Below, piece after piece: positions 9,581 through 18,322 of a stretch of 64,000 nucleotides of DNA. The notes under the pieces are model-generated. The model saw only the letters and a list, made by a program, of their open reading frames with translations. It ran no database searches and was not told where the DNA came from. The position numbers and the translations under genes were made by a program. The stretch is from positions 2,112,001-2,176,000 of the forward strand of contig CAXXJV010000001.1 of NCBI GenBank assembly GCA_963663475.2. Reading direction: 5' to 3'. This stretch comes from Candidatus Cloacimonadales bacterium. Its GTDB lineage: Bacteria > Cloacimonadota > Cloacimonadia > Cloacimonadales > JAFGVF01. The first letter of the stretch is position 1, and each line of letters opens with the position of its first letter.

Positions 9581-9899
9581 AGATTCTCCACTAAAATTTT
9601 TATTGTAAATATGATAAAAAAATTATTATTATTTTCTAAGTAAAATAGCATTTTTAGCTTGATTAGTGTCAAGTAAAAAATTGGGGGAGCCACTGCAATG
9701 TATTAAATACTATCTTGCTCGAGTTTGAATAAATCTATTCTGCTATTCGCAAAATTCTACTGCACCATTCAGGATAATCTAGCAAAGAAAAGAAGGATAG
9801 AAATACTATAAAAATAGGGTTAAAAGCGCAATTATAAATATCATTTGACAATTTCAGTATTGATAGAGAATTGACTTATCAAAGTATTTTTTAATAAGG

Positions 9900-11255
9900 T
9901 TGAAAAAAATGAGAGATGTACTCGTAGCAATAGTGGGTAGACCAAATGTTGGAAAATCTACCCTCTTTAATAGATTATGTAAGCAAAGAAGAGCAATTAT
10001 AGATTTTGAAGAAGGAATCACACGTGACCGTAAATACGCAGATGTTGAGTGGGATGGCAAAAAATTCAGAATTGTTGATACTGGTGGCTTAGTTTTTAAT
10101 TCTCAAGACAAAATGGATGACCATATTCGTCTGCAAGCTGAAATAGCTATCCAAGAAGCAGACTTTATCTTATTTCTAGTTGATGGTATGACAGGAATTA
10201 CTGATTTTGACCAGAGGATTGCTAGATTACTCAAACCAATGCACGACAAAACAATGCTTGTGGTTAACAAAGTTGATAATGAAAAGATAGAAATGGATAT
10301 TTATGAATTTATGAAACTGGGTTTTGGTGAACCATTCCCAATAGCAGCTAATTCTGGGAGAAACTCAGGTAACTTCATGGATGAGTTATTAACTAAAATT
10401 CCTGCTAGAGATGTTGATGACTTTGAAGAACTTGTAGATACAAGTATTAAAGTTGCAATTGTAGGTAAACCAAATGTTGGTAAATCTTCTATAACTAATC
10501 GGTTAATAGGACAGGATACTGTCATTGTTACTGATATTCCTGGTACTACTCGTGATGCCATTGACTCTAAACTAAAATATCATGGTGAAGAAATTACTAT
10601 CATCGATACTGCTGGATTGAGAAAAAAGACTAGGGTTAAGTATGGGGTAGAGTATTTCTCCGCTATGAGGACAATTGATACAATTGATAGAGCAGATATT
10701 ATTCTCCTAATTGTCTCAGCTGATGAAGAAATCTCAGCTCAAGAGAAGAAGATTGCTTCTTATATTAAAAGACATTATAAGAATGTAATTATTGTTGTGA
10801 ATAAGTGGGATTTACCTGAAAAGGATAATCATACCCATAAAGAATTTACCCTAAAGATTTTGGAAGATTTACAGTTTATTAAATATGCTCCAGTTCTCTT
10901 TGTGTCGGCCTTAACAGGACAAAGAGTAAATAAGATTCTTGAGCTAGTTTTAAAGGTTAAAGAAGAAAGCGAAAGAAGGATTCCAACTTCACAGTTAAAT
11001 GATTTTGTGAAAAAGGTTATTGAGAGAAGACCTCCAAGTCATAAGACAGGTGCTCTGCTCAAAATCTATTATATAACTCAGCCAGATACTGATCCACCAA
11101 CTTTCATCTTCTTCTGTAACAGCCCTCGTAAGATATCAGAAGATTATAAGAGATTCTTACACAATCAGATTAGAAAGGTGTTTAAGTTTGAAGGTGCTAC
11201 TATTAAATTAGTATTTAAAGGAAAAGATACTGATGACGCAGATGTTATTTATTAG
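9900..11255 (+). CDS. der: Ribosome biogenesis GTPase Der (EngA)
   Basis: Two G domains (GRPNVGKS, GKPNVGKS, DTGG/DTAG, NKxD) plus a KH-like C-terminus. Confidence 0.97.
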   Translation: MKKMRDVLVAIVGRPNVGKSTLFNRLCKQRRAIIDFEEGITRDRKYADVEWDGKKFRIVDTGGLVFNSQDKMDDHIRLQAEIAIQEADFILFLVDGMTGITDFDQRIARLLKPMHDKTMLVVNKVDNEKIEMDIYEFMKLGFGEPFPIAANSGRNSGNFMDELLTKIPARDVDDFEELVDTSIKVAIVGKPNVGKSSITNRLIGQDTVIVTDIPGTTRDAIDSKLKYHGEEITIIDTAGLRKKTRVKYGVEYFSAMRTIDTIDRADIILLIVSADEEISAQEKKIASYIKRHYKNVIIVVNKWDLPEKDNHTHKEFTLKILEDLQFIKYAPVLFVSALTGQRVNKILELVLKVKEESERRIPTSQLNDFVKKVIERRPPSHKTGALLKIYYITQPDTDPPTFIFFCNSPRKISEDYKRFLHNQIRKVFKFEGATIKLVFKGKDTDDADVIY

Positions 11256-11874
11256 TCTTTCTTATCTAGTTGCTTACTTGATTGGAGGTATTCCAACAAG
11301 TGTTATTGCTGGTAAAATTAAAGGTATCGATATTACTAAACATGGTTCTGGGAATGCAGGAGCAACTAATGCCTTGAGAGTTTTAGGGACCAAAATAGGG
11401 GTGACTGTTATGTTGCTAGATGCCTTCAAAGGGATTGTAGCAATTTTACTTGGAACATATATTATTCAATATTTTACTTTAGAATCTAGTCAAATCTATG
11501 AGATAACCTTAGGAGTAACAGCTATTCTAGGACATGTATTCTCAATATACCTTAAGTTTAAAGGTGGTAAAGGGGTGGCAACAGCTGCTGGGGTCTATGG
11601 CTTGCTAGCTCCCTGGTCTTTCTTGATAGCCTTAATTGTCTTTATCATAATTGTAGCTATAAGTCGATATGTTTCATTAGGCTCAATTTTTGCTTCCCTA
11701 GCATTATTAAGTAGTCAGATAATTATAAATTATTTAAATGGTTTTCAGGATAAAGCAATATTGATATTGACTATTTTTGTAGCACTATTTATCATAATTA
11801 AACATAAACAAAATATTAAAAGATTAATAAATGGAAACGAAAATAAACTAGTATTTAAAAAAAAAATAAAATAA
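11233..11874 (+). CDS. plsY: Glycerol-3-phosphate acyltransferase PlsY
   Basis: GSGNAGATNALR, FKGGKGVATAAG and KHKQNIKRL motifs. Confidence 0.96.
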   Translation: MTQMLFISLSYLVAYLIGGIPTSVIAGKIKGIDITKHGSGNAGATNALRVLGTKIGVTVMLLDAFKGIVAILLGTYIIQYFTLESSQIYEITLGVTAILGHVFSIYLKFKGGKGVATAAGVYGLLAPWSFLIALIVFIIIVAISRYVSLGSIFASLALLSSQIIINYLNGFQDKAILILTIFVALFIIIKHKQNIKRLINGNENKLVFKKKIK

Positions 11875-11895
11875 ATTCGGGTAGGAGTATTTTAG

Positions 11896-13257
11896 ATGTG
11901 TGGAATAATTGGAGTATTTAATCATGAAAAGGCAGCTGATTTAGCAGCATTAGGAATGTTTGCAGAGCAGCATAGAGGGCAAGAAAGCTGTGGTATGGCA
12001 GTTTCAGATGGGAAAGTATTCACTCTTAGAAAAAAAATGGGACTAGTAAAACAGGTTTTTACTCCTGAAGTTCTAGAGAGACTTAGAGGTAAAATTGCAA
12101 TAGGTCATGTTAGGTACCCTACCAAAGGTTCGGCAACTGCTTATAATTCTCAACCTCATACTGTAGAATCACTCTATGGTGCAACTTATGCTCTTGCGAG
12201 TAATGGTGATGTTGTCAATTACCATGAAGTTAAAGAAGAATTGGAAAGTAAAGGTGTTTATTTTAAAAGCCAAAATGATGGTGAACTAATTCTTAAGTAT
12301 ATTATTTACCAAATCCAAAACCAAGGTATGAGTATTGTAGATGCTATAAAGGCAATGATGAAAAGGATTAAAGGAGCATTTTCAACTGTTTTAGCTACTC
12401 CAGATAAGATGTATATGATAAGAGACCCTTATGCTATCAGACCAATGGTGTGGGGCAAAATGAAGGATGGCACTGTTGTAGTTGCTTCTGAGTCATGTGC
12501 CTTAGATATCTTAGGTGTGGAAAATAGGATGGAAGTACCACCAGCAGGTATTATTCAGGTTACTGAAAGAGAAATTAAACTCTTTGATAATAATCCTGAT
12601 GATTACCGTCATTACAAAGAAGATAAACATTGTATCTTTGAACTAATCTACTTCTCTCGACCAGACTCTTATCATTTCCAAGAGAATGTTTATGAAGTTA
12701 GAAAGAAAATTGGTGCAGAACTAGCTAAAGGTGATGATTTTACTCCTGATGTAGTTGTACCAGTTCCAGACTCTTCAAACTTTATGGCTGTGGGGTATGC
12801 TAATGAAAAAAACTGTTATTTCTCCATGGGATTATTACGTAATCACTATGTAGGTAGAACCTTTATTAAACCTGAACAAACTATTAGGGATGAATCTGTA
12901 TCTCAGAAATTTTCTACCCTACCAAATTTCTTCACTGGAAAGAAGGTTGTCTTAATTGATGATTCTATCGTTCGCGGAACTACAATTAAAAAGATAGTTA
13001 ATATGATTAAGAAAGCAGGTGCTGCAGAAGTGCATTTGAGAATAGGTTCTCCTGCTGTAAAATTCCCTTGTTATTATGGAATTGATACTCCAAATCAAAC
13101 TGAGTTGATTGCTAACCAAAAAACTTTAGAAGAAATTAAAGATTTTGCAGGAGCAGACTCATTAAGATATATTGAATTAGAAGATTTAAAAAAGTGTGTA
13201 GCAAGTAAAGACAAATTCTGTCATGCTTGTTTCTCTGGTAATTACCCAATAAAGTAA
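11896..13257 (+). CDS. purF: Amidophosphoribosyltransferase
   Basis: N-terminal MCG, QHRGQE, GHVRY, DDSIVRGTT and Fe-S cysteines. Confidence 0.96.
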   Translation: MCGIIGVFNHEKAADLAALGMFAEQHRGQESCGMAVSDGKVFTLRKKMGLVKQVFTPEVLERLRGKIAIGHVRYPTKGSATAYNSQPHTVESLYGATYALASNGDVVNYHEVKEELESKGVYFKSQNDGELILKYIIYQIQNQGMSIVDAIKAMMKRIKGAFSTVLATPDKMYMIRDPYAIRPMVWGKMKDGTVVVASESCALDILGVENRMEVPPAGIIQVTEREIKLFDNNPDDYRHYKEDKHCIFELIYFSRPDSYHFQENVYEVRKKIGAELAKGDDFTPDVVVPVPDSSNFMAVGYANEKNCYFSMGLLRNHYVGRTFIKPEQTIRDESVSQKFSTLPNFFTGKKVVLIDDSIVRGTTIKKIVNMIKKAGAAEVHLRIGSPAVKFPCYYGIDTPNQTELIANQKTLEEIKDFAGADSLRYIELEDLKKCVASKDKFCHACFSGNYPIK

Positions 13258-13264
13258 GGTTGTT

Positions 13265-14257
13265 ATGGATATAGATATTAAGAGATTTGATAAATTTACT
13301 GAAATTGCAAAAGATAAGAAAATAGCTGTTTTAGGCGATATTATGATAGATCACTATATTATTGGTAGAGTGACTAGGATATCTCCTGAAGCTCCTGTGC
13401 CAATACTAGAAAGTCTTGAAGATGAATATAGATTAGGAGGAGCTGCTAATGTTGCTCTTAATATATCATCTTTGAATGCTAAGACTTATCTCATTGGTGT
13501 TATTGGTGACGATAGTAATAGCAATGTTTTAATGAATCTTCTCAAAGAGAAAAAAATCGATTCATCTCTTATTGTAGAAGATAAAAGCAGACCTACTACT
13601 ATTAAATCTAGGATTACTTCCAAAAAACAACAGATTGTGAGGGTTGATAGAGAAGTTACTAGCCCAATATCCAAGACTATTGAAGACAAAATAATCTCAA
13701 ATTTCAAAAATATTGTTAGCGAAATTGATGCTTTAATTATTGAAGACTATAATAAAGGCTTGCTTACTGAAAGAGTTATCACATCTGTAATTGACATTGC
13801 TAAAGCTAATAACATTATTATTACAGTTGACCCTAAAGTAGAAAACTTTTTCACTTACAAAGGGGTAACAGTATTCAAACCTAACTTAGCCGAATTAGCT
13901 AAGAATATGAATCATAATATAACAAATGATCAAGATTTACAGACTATTGCTTGGAAACTATTTAAAGAAATAAAAGCAAGATACTTAGTGGTTACTCTTG
14001 GTGAAAAAGGAATGCTGATTTTTGAGCATGATAAGAATATTTTCTCCTTACCAACCTATGCCCGTGAAGTGTTTGATGTTTCTGGAGCAGGTGATACAGT
14101 TATTTCTACCTTGACCTTAGCTTTGACTCTTACAGACTCTGTATTAGAATCAGCTATTATTGCTAATCATGCAGCTGGTGTAGTTTGTGGCAAGCTAGGT
14201 ACTTCTCCAACCTGCTGGTCTGAAATTCGTGAATCAGTAGAACAGGAATCCGAATGA
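13265..14257 (+). CDS. rfaE1: D-glycero-beta-D-manno-heptose-7-phosphate kinase (RfaE domain I / HldA)
   Basis: RISPEAPVP, GGAANVA and DVSGAGDT (PfkB family). Confidence 0.93.
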   Translation: MDIDIKRFDKFTEIAKDKKIAVLGDIMIDHYIIGRVTRISPEAPVPILESLEDEYRLGGAANVALNISSLNAKTYLIGVIGDDSNSNVLMNLLKEKKIDSSLIVEDKSRPTTIKSRITSKKQQIVRVDREVTSPISKTIEDKIISNFKNIVSEIDALIIEDYNKGLLTERVITSVIDIAKANNIIITVDPKVENFFTYKGVTVFKPNLAELAKNMNHNITNDQDLQTIAWKLFKEIKARYLVVTLGEKGMLIFEHDKNIFSLPTYAREVFDVSGAGDTVISTLTLALTLTDSVLESAIIANHAAGVVCGKLGTSPTCWSEIRESVEQESE

Positions 14258-14751
14258 AGATTGCAGAAAGAATAAAAGAATGGTCTGAAATTAATCACAT
14301 AGTATCAGCTTTGAAAGAGCAAGGAAAAACTATTGTTTTCACTAATGGTTGCTTTGATATACTTCATTATGGTCATTTAAAATATCTAGAAGAAGCTAAG
14401 GCCTGTGGTGATATTTTGGTTGTTGGACTCAACAGCGACCAATCAGTTAAAAGATTAAAAGGACCAAGTAGACCTGTAAATGGGCAATTTGAAAGAGCTT
14501 ATTTGCTTTGTGGATTAAAACCTGTAGACTATGTTGTAATATTTGATCAGGATACTCCCTTAGATTTGATTAAGTTAATTATCCCTAATGTCTTAGTCAA
14601 GGGAGGTGATTGGAAAGCTAATCAAATAGTAGGTTCTGATCTTGTGATTGAAAATGGGGGACAGGTGAAAAGTTTGCTTTTCCAAGATGGCTTTTCCACT
14701 ACAAATATAATCGAAAAGATAAATAAGGATGATAAAAATGGCAGTAGATAG
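14254..14751 (+). CDS. rfaE2: D-glycero-beta-D-manno-heptose-1-phosphate adenylyltransferase (RfaE domain II / HldC)
   Basis: FTNGCFDILHYGH, GLNSD.SV.RLKG and KGGD. Confidence 0.94.
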   Translation: MKIAERIKEWSEINHIVSALKEQGKTIVFTNGCFDILHYGHLKYLEEAKACGDILVVGLNSDQSVKRLKGPSRPVNGQFERAYLLCGLKPVDYVVIFDQDTPLDLIKLIIPNVLVKGGDWKANQIVGSDLVIENGGQVKSLLFQDGFSTTNIIEKINKDDKNGSR

Positions 14752-15175
14752 TACTCAAATAGGCTTTGTTAAGAAATTTGAAAATGGTAAAGCTACGGTT
14801 GTTATGGATGTGCAAGGTGGATGCTCTTCTTGTGGTATGCATGGTGTTTGTGGAAGCCATAATAATTGTGTAGAACATGTTATCCCCACAGATATTGAAC
14901 TTGAGGTTGGCGATAAGGTGATTATCTATATTGATCCTTCTAAAAGAATCTATTCAGCTTTACTCCTCTTTATATTCCCTATAGTTAATTTAGCTGTATT
15001 CTATTATATCGCTTCTATGTTTGTTAGTGAGGCTTATTCAATTATGTTTGCTTTCCTTGGCTTAATCGTAGCTTTTATAATAAATCGTATTATTGATAAA
15101 GTCTGGGGTAATAAAATTACCTACATGATAGCTGCAAAATACGAGGAGGATGCTAATAATGAAAATAACTCTTAA
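14729..15175 (+). CDS. RseC/MucC-family membrane protein
   Basis: CSSCGMHGVC cysteine cluster, VGDKV and two C-terminal TM helices. Confidence 0.8.
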   Translation: MIKMAVDSTQIGFVKKFENGKATVVMDVQGGCSSCGMHGVCGSHNNCVEHVIPTDIELEVGDKVIIYIDPSKRIYSALLLFIFPIVNLAVFYYIASMFVSEAYSIMFAFLGLIVAFIINRIIDKVWGNKITYMIAAKYEEDANNENNS

Positions 15176-15515
15176 AGATATGGTCTTTTATGGCTATCAT
15201 GGTGTTCAAGATGAAGAAAGAACTTTAGGACAAAGATTTATTGTTACCATAACTCTAGCTACCCAAGATGCTAAAGATCAAGAAATCCATAAATTAGAAG
15301 ATACTGTTGATTATACTAAAGTATATGATGTAATTAAGAATATTATGGAAGTTGATAAATTCCTCTTATTGGAAAACTGTGCTAATAAAATATTAGATGA
15401 AGTTCTTTTAAGATTCTCCCTAGTAGAATTTGCCACTATCAGTATTAAAAAACCTTCTGTTCCAATCCAAGGTCATTTAAGTTTTTCTGAAATTGAGATG
15501 ACTAGGGGTAGATAA
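15150..15515 (+). CDS. folB: Dihydroneopterin aldolase
   Basis: FYGYHGV..EER.LGQ.F, TVDY, LLE and KKP; true start probably 15159. Confidence 0.95.
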   Translation: MLIMKITLKDMVFYGYHGVQDEERTLGQRFIVTITLATQDAKDQEIHKLEDTVDYTKVYDVIKNIMEVDKFLLLENCANKILDEVLLRFSLVEFATISIKKPSVPIQGHLSFSEIEMTRGR

Positions 15516-16981
15516 TGGAGTTGGTAGTCTCACTAGGTAGTAATCTAGGAGATAGAAGGCAAAATTTAACAAGGGCACTTACTGAACTTGCTAAGATTTG
15601 TAAGATTAGGAAAACTAGTAAAGTTATTGAAAGTCTAGCTTGGGGAAAGACAGATCAAGCAGACTTCTTAAATCAGATTCTTATTGCTGATACAGACTTA
15701 TCACCCAGAGACTTTCTAAAGAATATTTTGAAAATTGAATTAGCTCTGGGAAGGGTTAGGAAAGAAAAATGGGGACCTAGAATAATTGATATTGATATAA
15801 TTTATTATGGAGATATGATCATTAAAGAAGAGGATTTACAAATACCTCACCCCCTCTTGCAAGAGAGGTTATTTGTATTAGAACCTCTCATTGAAGTTTA
15901 TGAAAACAAAATCGACCCTCGCTTTAATCTTACAGCTAGGGAATTATATAAAAAACTAATTACAGGAGAGAAAATGAATAAGGTTGGAGCTATTGTCCTT
16001 GCTGCAGGTAAAGGAACAAGAATGAAGTCTAACAAGCCAAAAGTAACCTTCAACTTAGCTGGTAAATCATTAGTAGAAAGAGTTGTTGAAACTGCATCAA
16101 AGCTTAATTCAAGTCTTACTTGCGTTATTGTAGGTTATAAAAAAGATCAAGTGATAGAATTAGTAGATAAATATGATAATATTGCCTTTGCAGAACAAAA
16201 AGAACAACTAGGAACTGGTCACGCTGTTAAGATAGCTAAAGATGTCTTTAATGACTTCCAAGGAGATATATTTATCTTGTGTGGTGATGTTCCTTTAACC
16301 AGACCAGAAACCTTAGAAGGTCTATTAAAAACTCATAGAGAGCAAAATGCAGCATGTACTGTTTTAACTCATGTTATTGATGACCCTGCTCGTTATGGTA
16401 GGATTATTAGAGATGCTAATGGCAATATAGATAGTATTGTGGAATATAAAGATGCTTCTGAAGAACAAAGACAAATTAGAGAGATTAATACTGGTATATA
16501 TTGCTTTAAAAAAGATAAGTTATTCTCTGCCTTAGAACAAATTACAAATGATAATGCTCAGAATGAATACTATCTTCCAGATACTCTGAAAATCCTTAAT
16601 AATGAAAATGAAATTGTAGCAGGACATATACTTGATAATTTTGTTGAAGCGGCAGGGATTAACTCCCAAGAACAATTAGCTCAACTTGAAACAGAATATT
16701 ATAACGATATTAAAAAGAAGTGGTTGAATCAAGGCGTTACTATCGAAAATCCACAAAGCGTTATTATCGGTGAAAAAGTTATTATCGAAAAGGATGTTGA
16801 AATTTCAGCAAATACTATTATCAGAGGGGAGACCTTAATCAAAGAAGCTAGTTTAATAGGTCCTAATTCTCTAATAATTGATGCAAATATCGGAGAAAAG
16901 ACCATTTTAAAAGGATATAATATTGTTGTTAAACAGACTCTTAGTGATGGACAAATTTTAGATTTTCAAGAAAAGCTGTAA
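15515..16981 (+). CDS. folK/glmU: Fusion of FolK (HPPK) and GlmU uridyltransferase with a truncated left-handed beta-helix
   Basis: aa 1-150: SLGSNLGDR, WGPRIIDIDI, IPHP; from M154: LAAGKGTRMKS, EQLGTGHAV, EINTGIY, NAQNEYYLPD. Confidence 0.88.
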   Translation: MELVVSLGSNLGDRRQNLTRALTELAKICKIRKTSKVIESLAWGKTDQADFLNQILIADTDLSPRDFLKNILKIELALGRVRKEKWGPRIIDIDIIYYGDMIIKEEDLQIPHPLLQERLFVLEPLIEVYENKIDPRFNLTARELYKKLITGEKMNKVGAIVLAAGKGTRMKSNKPKVTFNLAGKSLVERVVETASKLNSSLTCVIVGYKKDQVIELVDKYDNIAFAEQKEQLGTGHAVKIAKDVFNDFQGDIFILCGDVPLTRPETLEGLLKTHREQNAACTVLTHVIDDPARYGRIIRDANGNIDSIVEYKDASEEQRQIREINTGIYCFKKDKLFSALEQITNDNAQNEYYLPDTLKILNNENEIVAGHILDNFVEAAGINSQEQLAQLETEYYNDIKKKWLNQGVTIENPQSVIIGEKVIIEKDVEISANTIIRGETLIKEASLIGPNSLIIDANIGEKTILKGYNIVVKQTLSDGQILDFQEKL

Positions 16982-16993
16982 TTAGGAGTTAAC

Positions 16994-17488
16994 ATGGCTG
17001 ATAACTATCTCTACTCACCTTGGAGACTTGATTATATTCTGAATGAAAAAGAAAAAGGATGTATCTTCTGTCTCAAGCCTGATCAAAATAATGATGAAAA
17101 AAATGGAATACTTTACAGGTCAGACCACTGTTTCGTTATTCAAAACTTATATCCCTATAATAATGGCCATATAATGGTTGTACCTTACAAACATGTTTCC
17201 TCCCTCTTTGCTTTAAATGAAGAAGAAATAATTAACCTTTTTTCAACAGTAAGATTAGCCGAGAAGGCACTCCAGGATTGCTATCACTGCGAAGGACTAA
17301 ATATTGGAATAAACGAAGGAAAAGCAGCTGGGGCTGGAATTGCTGAGCATATTCATGTTCATCTTGTACCTCGGTGGATTGGAGATGTGAATTTTATGAC
17401 TGTTATTGGTGGCAAAAGAGTTATTCCAGAAGCCTTTGAAGTTACTTTTAGAAAACTTAAAGAACAGTTTGACAAATATAAAGAGTAA
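16994..17488 (+). CDS. HIT-family nucleotide hydrolase/phosphorylase
   Basis: CIFC, NLYPYNNGH and HIHVHLVPRW. Confidence 0.92.
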   Translation: MADNYLYSPWRLDYILNEKEKGCIFCLKPDQNNDEKNGILYRSDHCFVIQNLYPYNNGHIMVVPYKHVSSLFALNEEEIINLFSTVRLAEKALQDCYHCEGLNIGINEGKAAGAGIAEHIHVHLVPRWIGDVNFMTVIGGKRVIPEAFEVTFRKLKEQFDKYKE

Positions 17489-17494
17489 AATATT

Positions 17495-17941
17495 TTGACA
17501 CTTAGGCAAAAAATAATCTCAATAATAATTGCTGTAATTGTGCTTGTTACACTCATTATTGCAATATTAGTAGTTAAATTTGGAAACAAAGACCAAAGAC
17601 CAGAAATTGATGATAGAGAATTATCAATCAAAATACTTAATGGTTGTGGAATTCCAGGTTTGGCTAGAGATTATGAAAACTATTTAAAAGAAAAATATGC
17701 TGGTTATGAAAATACTTTCTTCAAATTTTCAGAACCTTCAAACGCTAGAAAATATATATATAATAAAAGTGTGATAGTTGTTTCTCAGGACTTAGATGAA
17801 AATCAAAATCCTAACAACTTGCAAGTGTTAATTGATCGTACTGGCATAGAGAATTGGACCTATGCTGTTGATAAAGTTGAATTACCTGATTATCAGTTTC
17901 TGATAATATTAGGTCGTGATTTCCAAAATATAATGAAATAA
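17495..17941 (+). CDS. LytR C-terminal domain protein
   Basis: N-terminal TM helix; ILNGCGIPGLA and IILGRDF. Confidence 0.8.
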   Translation: MTLRQKIISIIIAVIVLVTLIIAILVVKFGNKDQRPEIDDRELSIKILNGCGIPGLARDYENYLKEKYAGYENTFFKFSEPSNARKYIYNKSVIVVSQDLDENQNPNNLQVLIDRTGIENWTYAVDKVELPDYQFLIILGRDFQNIMK

Positions 17942-17953
17942 GAGAGATAGATT

Positions 17954-18322
17954 ATGCAAGGCAAAGAATTAGTTGAAAAATTAGTAGAGTGGTCAGCAGG
18001 AAGAAAAGCTGAAAACATTAAGTTTTACGACTTAAAAGGTAAAACTTCATATACAGATTATGTTGTGATTGTAGAAGGTGGATCTGAGTTACATATCAAT
18101 GCTATCGCAGGAAATATTGTTGATGAATGCAAGGCTAACAAAATTCATGTACGAGGAAAAGAAGGCATGAAATCAACTTCTTGGATACTTTTAGATTTTG
18201 TTGATGTTATTATACATATTTTAACACCTAGCACAAGAGAATTTTACAAACTAGATAGCTTGTTTGAAAAACTTGAAAAGCAAGAAGAAAGTGAAGATCA
18301 GGATGAGGATTTAAATGATTAA
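17954..18322 (+). CDS. rsfS: Ribosome silencing factor RsfS (Iojap)
   Basis: KAENI, WILLDFVDVIIHI and REFYKLD. Confidence 0.93.
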   Translation: MQGKELVEKLVEWSAGRKAENIKFYDLKGKTSYTDYVVIVEGGSELHINAIAGNIVDECKANKIHVRGKEGMKSTSWILLDFVDVIIHILTPSTREFYKLDSLFEKLEKQEESEDQDEDLND

